The notes below the pieces were generated by a model that worked only from the letters and a program-made list of their open reading frames with translations, was not told the origin of the DNA and did not search any database. A stretch of 64,000 nucleotides of DNA from Piromyces finnis finn (Eukaryota > Fungi > Neocallimastigomycota): contig MCFH01000059.1 of assembly GCA_002104945.1 (NCBI GenBank), positions 124,001 to 188,000 on the forward strand, in the 5' to 3' direction. Position numbers and translations under genes: made by a program. Positions within the stretch are counted from its first letter, which is position 1; each line of letters opens with the position of its first letter. Shown here piece after piece: positions 1 through 13,200 of this stretch.

Positions 1-1750
1 TTATCATGTCTATTATTTTTATTTTCGAACTAGGATTAATATAGAAATCAGTTTCTAATATCTTAATTATACCTTTAGTTTTTATTTAGCTTTCAAAAAA
101 AAAAAAAACCATAATTAAGAACCCTTGAAATAATTTTACTTTTTTATAAACAATAACTACCGTTACTCAAGCTTATTTAAGGTTACACATGTGTATATTT
201 TCTTTATAAATATATTTCTAATACATTATTCACTAATTATAAGAATGTATGTACGATACAATATAGAAAATGGTAAAAGGATGATGTTTGTAGCATGAGG
301 AAAAATGAAAACTATATAAAACCCTTGAAAAGAAATCATCATGAATTATAAAAAAACAGTGTTAAATGTCAACATTTTAATCCGAAAGAAAAATTACACT
401 GAAAATAAGTATAATAATATAATGCTTATTTTTTTATATCATTTATTGCAATAATAAATCTATTTATGTGATTCATAGTAAGGTTAATTATATAATATTG
501 TAAATATAGACATATATACTGAAGGTTCATTATAATGAAAATGTTATCATTAATTGTTAATTAAAACTACGTTCATTTAAATAAATTGTTTATATATAAA
601 ATTTCTTTTCTTTTATTCAACATTTAGATAACTAGTTATTTCTTTATTTTTATAATATACATCATATTATTTTAAAAATACTTTTTAACAATTTTTGATA
701 TTAGTTACAATTTAAAGATATAGGATTTTTTCTTTTTCTTTTTTTTTCCTTGTTATAATTTATTACTACTTTTTTAAGATTATTACTTATTATTACTTAT
801 TATTATTTATCAATTAATAATGAATTTGATAAAAAGTGTATATAATATTTGGATATGTTAATACACTTTTAAAGTTAACCTTTTATGAAAATATAAAAAA
901 ACATTATAATTAATCTTAAATAAATATAATAAATTAATTATTCTTTCTTTTTTTTTAAATAATAATGAAACTCCTCCCTTTGTAAATATATAATTTAAAT
1001 ATTATTCTAGTATTTTAAACTGAATAATAGTAATTTTAATTATTATCATTCTTTTTCTTCTTCTAATTATTATTGTTAAAATCGAAAAAAGAATATTCAA
1101 AAGAAATTTTTTTTTAATCACAAAAATCAAAAATTAATAATTAATATAAATTTAGATTTTTATTATAAATTAATTTTAAAGTATATAATAGTATATAATA
1201 TATATAATATGGCTGTTATTATTGTTATAAATAAATAAATAAATAAATAGATAAATAAATAGATAAATAAATAGATAAATGAATGAATGAATTAAATGAT
1301 TAAATTATTGAAAAAGATATAAAAAGACCTTTATTTAAGCCAAAATTATTTAAATCTTTGAAAAAAAAAATATACAATAATATCATATCATATTAAAAAT
1401 ATATTTTAAATTTTTTATTATTTATATCAATTACATATATCTATATCAATTTGCTAATATTTGTGATAACAGAATATAGTAAATTTAACAAGAATAATTT
1501 AAAAATATTATCCAAAGGTAAATAAAAATTATGTTAAATGTTTTATTTAATTGTGAATGTCAATACACTTGTTTTCTTTATAATATATTTACAATATTAA
1601 CGTAAAAATTTATAATGTATAATCAATTATCAATTGAATATATTACATATTAATTTTAATGCAGAAAAAAAAACAAAATTTCTTGAAAAAATAAGAAAAT
1701 TATCTATCCAAACTTTTTTTTTTTTACAGTAATAGTATAATAAAATCAAA

Positions 1751-4165
1751 ATGTCAAGTGAAGATAACAGTATCATGAATAATAAGGTTAATGACACTAT
1801 GGAAAATAAAACAGATGACCAAATTACTAATCCAGCTATTGCCGGTGCTAGTACCCCAAACCAAGTTAATAATGAAAAAGAAAATGAACATTTAGCTGAA
1901 GTCAAAAATAATAAGATGAAGAATGAAGATCAATTAAATTTACCAACATACGAAGAAGCTGTTAGTTTTCAATCATTTGTAGATAATTTGGAAACACCTG
2001 GAGAAAATGTACAACCTAATTCATCTTTTTACATTTCAAACAGTTTAAATATAAATCAACAACAATCACAAATGAATGAAAAACCACTTCATTCCACAAC
2101 TCCTGCTCCAAGTTATAATTCTGTACTTCCTCAACAATTATTACAACAATACCCTAGTCAACCTAGTCAACCTCTTCAACAACAAAATGATAATTCAAGT
2201 TATTTACAAAGTCCATCTAATGCTGGAAATGTTTCTTTATTAGAAGGACAGCCTTCTAAGCCATTTAATTCATCTTCAACATCAACTCCAATACCATCAG
2301 CTCCAGTTATTTCCGGTTCAAACATTTATCCATCAGCTCCAACTAATTCCTGTTCAAATGTTTATCCATCAGCTCCAATAGCTGATTCATCCATTTCTCC
2401 ATCAACAACTACACCTTATCCACCGGTACCACAAGGTTCATACATGCAACCACCAATGGTTTCAGGTCAATATAATCCATCTATTCCACAATTTGTTAAA
2501 CATCGTTTTGATACAAAAAAACCTGAATCTGCTAGTAATCAAAATTTTGAAACATGTTTTGATGGGGAATATGTTGATATGAATGGTTGTAATACCATTG
2601 GAACAGGTATTATTGGTTCAAGAAAAACTCAAGTACGAGCATTAGCTCGTGACAATATTATCAAGAGTAGCATTGGATTAAGTATTGTTGATATTAGAGG
2701 GGCTCGTATTTTAAATGGTGAATCTAGAATTGTTTTCGATGGTACTCTCGGTAAACTTATTTTTGTTGTACCAAAGTATATTTCAATCATTATGGAAGAT
2801 CAATTTTGTATTGGTGAAGTATTTAGTTATCGCCCAACAGAAATTCCTGTAGATGAATCCATGAAAAAAGGTTTACCAGTTCTTCGTGTAGTTGTCAAAA
2901 ACTCGGTTGGTGATATTAATATTATTGAAAAGGAAGCCGATGTTAATATTTCTTCTGATTCCTTGAACAATGAGCTTAAAAAGTTAAGAAAGCAATATGG
3001 TAAAAAGAATAAGCATAATAATAATGGTAGTAGTAGTAATGCTCCAGCTGTTGGTGGCGCTTCATTAGTTAGTTTTAAAACCAATTTTATGAAAAGTTTT
3101 AATAATGCAAAGAATCAAATTTCTGGTGTCCAAAATAACAAGCCAGTAAATACCACACCATATTCACAATATGGTCAACAGCCTTATGGTGCAGCCTATA
3201 CTATGCCACAACCTTATGGATCACCTTATGGTACCCCTAATGGAGCCCCTTATGGTGCACCAGCACAAGCTCATTATGCTTATCCACCACAAGGATACCC
3301 ACCACAAGGATACCCACCACAAGGATACCCACCACAAGGATATTCACCACAAGGATACCCACCACAAGGATATCCACCACAAGGATATCCACCACAAGGA
3401 TATCCACCACAAAGCAATCCAACTGCTGCTGCTCCATATCCAAACTCTTCTCTTTCTACTACTTCATCTACTACCACACCTTCTAATGCTTCCACAGTAC
3501 CACCAATATCTACAACTCATACTTCAATAGCACCATCTACTACTATTTCATCAACTACTTCATCTTCTGCTGTCCAACCAACTGCCTCTCCATACGGTGC
3601 TCCATCACAACCATATGGTAGTCAGTCTTCTGCTCAACCAACTGCCTCTCCATACGGTGCTCCATCACAACCATATGGTAGTCAGTCTTCTGCTCAACCA
3701 ACTGCCTCACCATATGGTGCCCCATCACAACCATATGGTAGCCAATCTTCTACTGCTCAACCAACTGCCTCACCATATGGTGCTCCATCACAACCTCAAA
3801 AGGAAGGAACAACTAATGCACCAGCATCAACAGGATCATTTTCATCTTCTATTCCATCTTATTCTTCTTATTCACCATATGGTGCACCATCTCAACCTTA
3901 TGGATCATCTGCTCAATCTTATAGTGCTCCATCCTATCCTTATGGTGCTCCAACTCAACCCTATGGTGCTCCAGCTTCAACAGCAGAAGCCAGTAATAAT
4001 ATTTTAACTCCTACTACTACTACCATTTCTTCTTCTCCATTAGCTATTGCTCCAACTTCTGCTACTACACCACCACTAATGAATTCTTCTGTTTGTTCTA
4101 ATTCTTCTGATATCAAAATTAATGAAACTAGTCAATATCCTTATCCACCACCATCTCAAAAATGA
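1751..4165 (+). CDS. Pro/Ser/Gln/Tyr-rich protein with central LiaF C-terminal/DUF2154-like beta domain, PSAP motifs and GYPPQ repeats
   Basis: 804-aa uninterrupted ORF. The only globular-looking part (~2570-2935: IIGSRK..SSIGLSIVDIRGARI..TLGKLIFVVPKYISI..IGEV) follows the G..D(L/I)..A....G.V.I.VP pattern of DUF2154/LiaF-C. Three PSAP motifs, ~8 GYPPQ repeats and ~57-60 bp QPTASPYGAPSQPYGSQSS repeats. Confidence 0.8.
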   Translation: MSSEDNSIMNNKVNDTMENKTDDQITNPAIAGASTPNQVNNEKENEHLAEVKNNKMKNEDQLNLPTYEEAVSFQSFVDNLETPGENVQPNSSFYISNSLNINQQQSQMNEKPLHSTTPAPSYNSVLPQQLLQQYPSQPSQPLQQQNDNSSYLQSPSNAGNVSLLEGQPSKPFNSSSTSTPIPSAPVISGSNIYPSAPTNSCSNVYPSAPIADSSISPSTTTPYPPVPQGSYMQPPMVSGQYNPSIPQFVKHRFDTKKPESASNQNFETCFDGEYVDMNGCNTIGTGIIGSRKTQVRALARDNIIKSSIGLSIVDIRGARILNGESRIVFDGTLGKLIFVVPKYISIIMEDQFCIGEVFSYRPTEIPVDESMKKGLPVLRVVVKNSVGDINIIEKEADVNISSDSLNNELKKLRKQYGKKNKHNNNGSSSNAPAVGGASLVSFKTNFMKSFNNAKNQISGVQNNKPVNTTPYSQYGQQPYGAAYTMPQPYGSPYGTPNGAPYGAPAQAHYAYPPQGYPPQGYPPQGYPPQGYSPQGYPPQGYPPQGYPPQGYPPQSNPTAAAPYPNSSLSTTSSTTTPSNASTVPPISTTHTSIAPSTTISSTTSSSAVQPTASPYGAPSQPYGSQSSAQPTASPYGAPSQPYGSQSSAQPTASPYGAPSQPYGSQSSTAQPTASPYGAPSQPQKEGTTNAPASTGSFSSSIPSYSSYSPYGAPSQPYGSSAQSYSAPSYPYGAPTQPYGAPASTAEASNNILTPTTTTISSSPLAIAPTSATTPPLMNSSVCSNSSDIKINETSQYPYPPPSQK

Positions 4166-5220
4166 TTTTTTTTGATAATAAATCTACAATATCTTTATCT
4201 ACCACCATCACATAAATAAGTGATTATTTCTTGATAGTAAAATTCAAATTATTATGCCTTATTTTGGCGTGTTAACATTTAAAGAATTAACATAAAAAAA
4301 AAAAAATAATAATAAAATAAATCACTATTTAAAAGCCTTTTTCTATTATTATTAATTTTTAAATTCTTAAAGTAAAACCTTGAGATTTTAGAAATTAAAA
4401 AACGTATAAAAAAATAATTTTTGATATAATAAAAAAATATATATGTATAAAATAATCTTTATACATTAAATATAATAATCATTAATTATTTTTACAGCGC
4501 TTTTACTCTAAAAAAAAAAAATATTAATTATTTCATAATATATCTTTATCAAATATTAATATTTCAACCTCCTAACCTATCCTAAATATTATATAAGAAT
4601 ATATCTATTTATTATTTTAAAATAATCCAAAGTTTTATGAATAACATAAAAATAAAAATATAATAATTCCATTAATAATTATATTTTTAATATTTATTTT
4701 ATTCTCATATTTTATTATACTATATCAAAAAAGAATAAAAATAAAAAGTATAAAAAATAGCTACGTTTTATTATTACTATTAAACATAAGTAATAATATA
4801 TCATGTAAAATTGAAGATTAAAAAAAAAAAAAAAAAAAAGATATAAAAATAAAAAAAATATTACTATTAACAATTAAATATAAATGTTTTCATCATTTCC
4901 TTTTTTTTCTTCTTTTAATTATTTTTAAATAATTATATTTCAATATTTTTAGTTAATTATTCATTTTTCCCTATAATTTTAAAATTAGAAACATTCTATC
5001 TAATCTTTACTTTTTTTTTTATTTCAAAATACGTAAATAGTCACTACTGGAATAAAAAAAAAAGATTAATCTATTAATATAAATAACGATATTTCTTTTT
5101 TAGTTGTTTAAATTTATACTCTCTTTTAATATTATATGTATTTTCTTGATTATTAAATATTTAAAAAAAGACACATCTTTCAGGTTTAATAAAAGAAATG
5201 TGAACTATTTATCATTATAT

Positions 5221-5261
<41 letters not shown>

Positions 5262-6705
5262 TTTCTATATATTTTAAAGTTTACGGCTCTTTTTTTTTTA
5301 TTATTATTAATTATATGAATAAATTAATATAAAAAAGGTTATTTATAATTTATAATTGTGGTATTAATTAATTAAGCATTTCTTTATATTAATAAATTAA
5401 ATTGAGATTTAATTAAGCGATGAACAGATTTGAAAAAACTCGTGAACTGTAATTAAATTAAATTTTGTAATTATTAAAAGCACATGCAATCATTTACATT
5501 TCATAAGCCTTAAATTAATATGTGTATAATAAATAATGAAATATAATAAATTATATATTTTATTAACTACGCCATAAAATATTAGGGATTAAAAGTAAAA
5601 CATTAATTTAACAGGATGAAACATAAATTTTATTATTTATATTCAAATTATGACTAAGTTCAACTTGCCACAAAAGAATTATCCATTACCAGGACATGTG
5701 GTATGAAAGTTATTATAAATATATTATAAATAAATAGTATTTTATTATAATAATTATTATGAAAATTATCTTTTTTTATCGGTGACGAGAATTTTACAAT
5801 TTTTTTGTACTTATTAAATCAATATATAAAACTATATTTAATTATTAAGAGGAATTAATGTCATTGATACTAAAAAGAATATTGTAAAGGTAGTTTACCT
5901 ATTTTTTATTATTAATAAAATGAATTTTGTTTAAATTTTATAATTTTTCAAATTTATTAATTATTAAAATTATATAGTTAAAACTTTAAAACTATAAAAA
6001 AAATTCATAATTGTATTATATTGTAATATAATGTAATATATAGGAATATAAATATAAGAAGATAATTAAAGGAAAATAATAATTAATAAAAGAATATAAA
6101 TGGATGAATAAATAAATAAATAGATAAATACATTAATAAATATATAAATAATATATAAATGAATAAATGAATAAATTAACTTTTAAAAATTTTCACTTTT
6201 TATCTCCTATTATTTGTTTTGTTTCTTTTTTTCTTTTTTTTTTTTTTAAAATTCATTTTAATAATAATATTATAAATATTTCTTTATTTTTGCTTGTCTT
6301 ATAGAAAAAAAACAAGCAAGAAAATAAGAGGTTAATAAGCTTTTTATATTAAAAGTGGTAGCATTATTTTATTAATAATTAACCTTTTGTTTTACAAAAA
6401 GAAATGGTTTTAATTGACTAAATATAAAAGAAATTATTTTTTGTGAATTTTAAATAGGATTTAAAATTTAGTATTTAGTAAACTTAATTTTAATAATAAT
6501 ATGTTAAAGTATTTTTGAAGCAATAATAAAGTCAAAAATAGCCAGAAAAAAAAAAAAAAAAAAAAAAGAAATTGTTTTAGTTAATATTTGAAAATAAATT
6601 GAAGAATTGAACCATTTTTTGAATATTTTATTTTTAAAATTTAAATTTAAAATTTATTACACGACTTTCCAGATATACTCTTAATAATAACAGTAAAAAA
6701 AAAAA

Positions 6706-9477
6706 ATGGAAATTTCAGATACAATAACTACACCAGCTATTTCGTCGAAAGGCGAAAAATGTCAAATAGCAACTATAATAAATAAGATAAAGAAAAGGAA
6801 TTCAAAAATAAAAAATAAAGAAATAATGGATATGATAATAGGTAATAAGTTTATTAATATTGGATATATTGATACTACAGAAACCGGTTATAGAAGAACG
6901 CCACTTATATATGCCGTTCAGAGAAAAAATTTTGAACTTACAAAATTCCTTATTCATTACAATACTGTCAATGTAAACCTTATCCTTCAATTTATATTAA
7001 ACATCAAATATGGTAAGCAAATGAGCGACGAAGAGTGTCAAAACCTATCCAAAAATTGTATTTTAGAATCAGATATAAATCATCAAGATGATAATGGTAA
7101 TACAGCTCTTCTTTATGCTTGTAAACTTAACAACAAAAAAATCATTGAATTATTATTAAAAAATGGTGCTAATACAAACTTAGTCAATGTTAAAAATAAA
7201 TCACCATTAATGTATTCATGTAAAAATGGAAATAAAAGTTGTGTCGATATACTTTTACAATACCATGCAAAATTAGATATCGAATCCAATAGTTCAGGAA
7301 AAACGGCTTTTAAATATGCTTGTGGTTCCGGGAAATTACCAGTAATCAAAACATTGATTCAACATAAAGCTATTAACAATAAAAGACATTATTCCGATGC
7401 ATTCAATTACGCTCCTCAAAATGAATTTTTTGATGATGTATATCATCTTCTTCAATCTTACACAGAAATTTGTTTAAATGACTATAATTATACCCTTTCC
7501 GAAGAAAATTGCAAAGATCCTCTTATTATAGTCAGTTATAAAAATAGCATGGAGCTTATTAGTCATTGTATCAAGGGAAATATTGAAAAGGTGAGATCCA
7601 TATTGGCTATGACCAATGAAGGTGAGTGTATGAATTCTCTTGATATTGATTTTAGAGATAAACATGGTTATACGGCATTAATGTGGGCAAGCTACTTTGG
7701 GCACACTAATATTGTAAAAGAATTAATTTATCATCATGCCAACATTAATCTAAAAAGCGATATTGAAGAATCTGCAATTTTATTAGCATGTAAAAAAGGA
7801 CATGTTGATACGGCAAAAGTACTAATAAAATATGGTGCTGATGTTAATGATACTAATTATCATGATGATACTTTATTAATGATTGCTTGCCTTAGAGGTA
7901 ATTTTAAATTAACACAACTTTTATTAGAAAATAATGCCAATGTTAATGCTCAAAATAAATCAAATGATTCTGCTTTAATTTACGCTGTTGAAAAAGATCA
8001 AGAAGAATGTGTTGATCTATTGTTACAGCATAATGCTGACTTAACCTTTAAAAATGATTATAATGATTCCATTTTTGTAATAGCTTATAGAAAAAATAAT
8101 ATAAAAATAATGGATTTGCTTTTAACGGATTATGAATACAAATATAATAACGGTTCAAATGGTGAAGATGATCGTTTAATGATCGATGAAAGAAATTTAA
8201 TTAGCAGTGGAAAAACATTATTAATGTTAGCATGTTCTCAAGGAAATAAAGATATGATCAAAATACTTATTAAACATCGTATAGATGCTCTTTTTAAAAA
8301 TTATAATGGAAATACAGCGTTACATATTTCATGTCAACATAGAAATACCGAGGTAGCAGAAATGTTACTCCAATATCAACCAGAAATTGTAAATATTCAA
8401 AATAAAAATGGTAAAACACCTTTAATGATAGCATGTAAACTTGGCGATACATTAATGGTATCCTTATTATTAAAATACAATGGAAGTATTAATTTAAAAG
8501 ACCATAATGGAAAAACAGCATTGATGATAGCATGTAAATATGGTCATATCGATACTATAAATTATATCGTGGATTACTTTGATCAAATAAATAAAAAAGA
8601 AAACCCAATAAAACGTGATCAATCCTCAAATGTTTTCCTCATAAATAGAATAAGTAAATCAAAAATGTATCAAATAAAGCATAAAATAAAAATACATCAA
8701 CGCATTAAAAGTTCGTTAAAAACTTCAAAGCTATTAAATTATAATATGAATCCTAAAAATTTTATGGATAGTAGCTGTTCCTATCTCTTAAATAAATTTA
8801 AAAAAAACAATTCAAAGAGTTCCAAAACATGTTTCAATAGAATGAATATACTAACTCACACATTAGCTACATTCATTAAAGCCAATAATAAAAATAATAA
8901 AAAATACCCAATATCAAAAGGAATTATTCAAAATTCAAATTTAACACCACATTTAAATGATAATTATCATCATGGTCATCATAATATGAGTAATGATACC
9001 AACACCGGTTTTCCTAAACCAATTACTATTACTAATAATGAGATCATTGATATCAACTCAAAAGATACAAAATATGGCTATTCTGCATTATTATGGGCTT
9101 GCAAATATAATGGTAATAATACCATAAAAATTATTGAAAAACTTTTAGCTATTGGTGCCAATATTAATGATGTCAGTAACATGAATCAAAATGCACTTAT
9201 TCTTTCTATTATTACACCATCCCAAATTACAAATACCAATCAACCAATAAATTTAGATTTAATTAGTTTTTTACTTCATCATGGAATTGACATAAATGTT
9301 TCTTCATCATCAGATAAATATACCGCATTAATGTTGGCCTGTCAAAAGCGATATCAATTAGTTGTCAAAATGCTTTTAAATGCTCATGCAGAACGGTCAT
9401 TATTAAATAATGAAGGGAAAACAGCAATGGATATTGCTCTTATCAATAATTATTTTGAAATTGTACAACTTTTTTAA
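6706..9477 (+). CDS. Ankyrin-repeat protein
   Basis: 923-aa ORF with many canonical ANK repeats (GNTALLYAC, GYTALMWAS, GKTPLMIAC, GKTALMIAC, GKTAMDIA) and an Asn/Lys/His-rich non-repeat insert at ~aa 625-780. Confidence 0.92.
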   Translation: MEISDTITTPAISSKGEKCQIATIINKIKKRNSKIKNKEIMDMIIGNKFINIGYIDTTETGYRRTPLIYAVQRKNFELTKFLIHYNTVNVNLILQFILNIKYGKQMSDEECQNLSKNCILESDINHQDDNGNTALLYACKLNNKKIIELLLKNGANTNLVNVKNKSPLMYSCKNGNKSCVDILLQYHAKLDIESNSSGKTAFKYACGSGKLPVIKTLIQHKAINNKRHYSDAFNYAPQNEFFDDVYHLLQSYTEICLNDYNYTLSEENCKDPLIIVSYKNSMELISHCIKGNIEKVRSILAMTNEGECMNSLDIDFRDKHGYTALMWASYFGHTNIVKELIYHHANINLKSDIEESAILLACKKGHVDTAKVLIKYGADVNDTNYHDDTLLMIACLRGNFKLTQLLLENNANVNAQNKSNDSALIYAVEKDQEECVDLLLQHNADLTFKNDYNDSIFVIAYRKNNIKIMDLLLTDYEYKYNNGSNGEDDRLMIDERNLISSGKTLLMLACSQGNKDMIKILIKHRIDALFKNYNGNTALHISCQHRNTEVAEMLLQYQPEIVNIQNKNGKTPLMIACKLGDTLMVSLLLKYNGSINLKDHNGKTALMIACKYGHIDTINYIVDYFDQINKKENPIKRDQSSNVFLINRISKSKMYQIKHKIKIHQRIKSSLKTSKLLNYNMNPKNFMDSSCSYLLNKFKKNNSKSSKTCFNRMNILTHTLATFIKANNKNNKKYPISKGIIQNSNLTPHLNDNYHHGHHNMSNDTNTGFPKPITITNNEIIDINSKDTKYGYSALLWACKYNGNNTIKIIEKLLAIGANINDVSNMNQNALILSIITPSQITNTNQPINLDLISFLLHHGIDINVSSSSDKYTALMLACQKRYQLVVKMLLNAHAERSLLNNEGKTAMDIALINNYFEIVQLF

Positions 9478-10271
9478 ATCTATAAATGAAAAAAAAAGAG
9501 CATTACATTTATATTTTGATTCACTTTATAAAAATTTTGAAATTAATTTAAGTATTAATATTTTTAATCTAAAAATAAATTAAAAAAAATGAAAATAAAA
9601 AAAAAACTATAAATTTTTTTATACAATTAATAAAGATCATCATACTTATATATGATTTTTAATATATAATTTTTTGATATTTATATTTAATTTTGATGTG
9701 TCGTATATTTCCTTTCATCATTTTCCTCTAACTTTAAGCACTTTCTAATATTACAACACAATATTTATTATTAAATACATTAATATGCTTGATGAAGAGG
9801 GTAAAAGAAAATAAAAAATTTATATTTTTCATTATCTCGTTTATAATTATTTTCAATGTAAAAGGTTGATTTGAAAAAACAAATATCAATTCTTTTTAAT
9901 CTAAAAGTTATAGGTAATAACCGTGATCTTTACAAAAAATTATATAAAATATAATATAATATATATTTTTTATAATTATTATTGGAAAAATAGTTAATAT
10001 TTCTTATTTATTAATGGCAAGCCATTAATAAATACAGTTTTTTTTTTATGAAATATTAATTAAAATAAAACTTCAATTGTGTTTCTAGTCTATTAATTAA
10101 ATATTAATGTTATATTAAATTTTTATATATATAATAAACAAATATATATATATATATATTAATAGCAATATATATGATTTGAATATCAAAAATAAGGCAA
10201 AACAATTATAATAAATTTCTCATTATATATTTTATATATAGTTAAGCTATAATGTATATATAAGATACTTC

Positions 10272-13200
10272 TTATTCAATAACTTGAGCTGTTTCAAGAA
10301 AACTAAATGAAAAAAAAATTATAAATTAAATTAATTATAAATTAATATTTCTATTCTTTGAGCATTTATTATATATAGTTGTTTCTCGAAGAAAAAAAAA
10401 AAAATACCTTTTGTATTTTTCATTCTTATTAATAATTGATGGTGGAACAAGGAACAAAAATGATACTAATGCATTCATTTCTTTAATTTTTTCGGTATAC
10501 ATTTTATTAAAAACGAAAAAGTCTATCGTAAGGAACAATACAACTCCAATACCAATTAATATTGTTACTTCTTCTGACATCTGAGATAAAAGACTTTCGC
10601 CATGTTCCATAATGACTTGATTAATATATTGAAGATCACCAACAATATTATCTACTAAGCTATCTTGAAGTTTGAAAAATTGATCATTCGATACTTCCTC
10701 AAATATAATGGAAATATTTTCTTTACTACTAAATGGAACATTAACATATTTACCTTTTTCATAATTAGAAATAAAATTTTTAACATTATAAATATATTCT
10801 CTGATTAATTCATTAATTGGTAATGTACCAATTTCTTTGGAGAAACCTATTTATTTATATATCATTTTTAATAATAAAAAATTAAAATAAAAGTTTATGG
10901 TATTATTTTATGAATCGTAAAAAAATAAAAAAAAAAAAAGATATTGATTCATATTACCATAACTACTATCATATGTCATATTATCACAATCATTATTTCC
11001 TTCATATCTAAAACATCCACCTTCTTTTAATACATCATTTAATAAAGGATAGGCATCAAAAGTTGGACCACCATATGATCCTGTTTTTAATTCATCTTGA
11101 ATAAGCTATAGGATTAAATAAATTTTTATTTATTATTATATTTATATTATTTAAAAAATAAAAAAAAAAAAGGGAGTTTAAATTATCAAATCAATATAAG
11201 ATAAATATTTTAATGGAATTATATTTTTTGTTATATTACTTCTAACTGATTAAGATGACTCTTTAAAATTCTTTGAGGTTCATCTTGTAAAAAAACTGAT
11301 TTATCTTGGTTTATAACTTCATAAGTATACATTTGAATGGTTCTAACAGCTAAAAGTCTATCAATCTTTTTTTTTTAAAATATGAAAATATTAAATACAT
11401 TGTAAATGTTTTTATTTCCTTTTTTTATGATAAAAATTAATTAAAAAAATATAAAATAATGTAATACATACAGATTTTTGAGATATAGCAATAATATCTT
11501 TAACTTCAGTAATTGTTTGCTATGATATATAATAATTATAAATGTTATTATTATTATGATTATAATATAATGTAATAAATGTAATATATATACTTATATA
11601 ATATTGTTATTTTTATAGTAATATTCTTCATACCAATACTGGAATTCCCGAAATAACAATATAAGCAATAATAATAATAAACGAAAAGAATAATATTATG
11701 TTTTTAAATAATGATCCTTTATCATTTTTTAATTCAATATCTTCTTTTTCCAATTCATAGTTTTCACATAGGGTTTCAATTTTTTCTTCATAATCTTTTG
11801 TTATTTGTTCATAATTTTCTAATATAATTAAAAAAAATTTTTTTTATTTAATTTTTTATATTCAAAAGGAAAAAGATATTTATATTATTATTAATTATGA
11901 TTTAAAGTATATATTTTTTCCTACCTTTTGATAGGCATTTAAGCATCTTAAGTGCATTAAATGAAATCTTTTTTGTTGATTTTTTTAATGGAAAGAATGC
12001 TATTTTATTAATTTGATTTTTAAAAAATATTTTAATATTTTTTGATAATATAAAATAATATATTATTTTCTTTTTTTTTTTCTTTTTTTTTTTTAAAAAA
12101 AAGTTTTACTGAATTAAATATTAAATAATAATAATAAAAAAGATAGTAATATACATACTAATAAAACCAATATAGAGAGTAATAATAGCAAGTGTTAACT
12201 CTAAACCAATAATAATTACTGTTACGTTACCAAATAAATTTATAATTTTATCTCTTAAAATTTCTTTGCATCTTATAAATACTAAATCCATGTTTCTTAT
12301 TGAATTTACTAATTTTTGAATATTAATCATCAGTTTTTTTTTTTATATAATTTGTTCATAATAAATTAGCATATATTGTACTATTTTTAAATGTATACAT
12401 TATATTATAACATTATCTATATATTTTATTACTTAAAAAATATCTGTATTGTAAAAACAAAAAATATATATTTATTTATAATTAAAAAAATATAAAAAAT
12501 TAATATATTATTATTATTATTATTATTGATTATTGTATTCCATCATACCTAAAATGAGGTTCAAATAAAATTTCTTCCATATTTTCTGTTTCGCTCAAAA
12601 AACCTAATTAAAATTATTAAAATATTAATATAAATAATTGCATATTAAATTTAAATTTTTTTAATATATTTAATTTTATAATATGGATTAATGTTTTTTT
12701 TTTTTTTTTTGGATTTATGATTTTATAAATAGCTTTTTTTTTTATAAATATTTACCTCTGTTAAGACAAAACTTAACAAAAGATAATAATTTTTTGTATG
12801 CATCTGCTAATGATATAGTTTCCACTGTATCAAACGAATATTTTCCTACAGGAATATATAATGGATTTACTGTAGGAACATCCATATGTGCTGTTACAAT
12901 TGGAAGATTCTGTTCCGCTAAAAATCCAGATATTCCAATTAAAGCACCGTTATTTCTATAATAATTATACATTTTACCTGTAATAAAATTTAATGATAAA
13001 TTTCTTATGAAAAATGCAATAGATTTAATATAACCAGGGATACACATATTTGTATTTAACATTTCAACATTTTTTTTAATACTATCGAATATAAATATTG
13101 TGAATAAAGCTCTTAAATTTGAAAAATCGATAAAATTTTTATATTAATTAATTTTTAAACAATGATAATGGTAATAATAATTATAATAAAATAGTAATAG

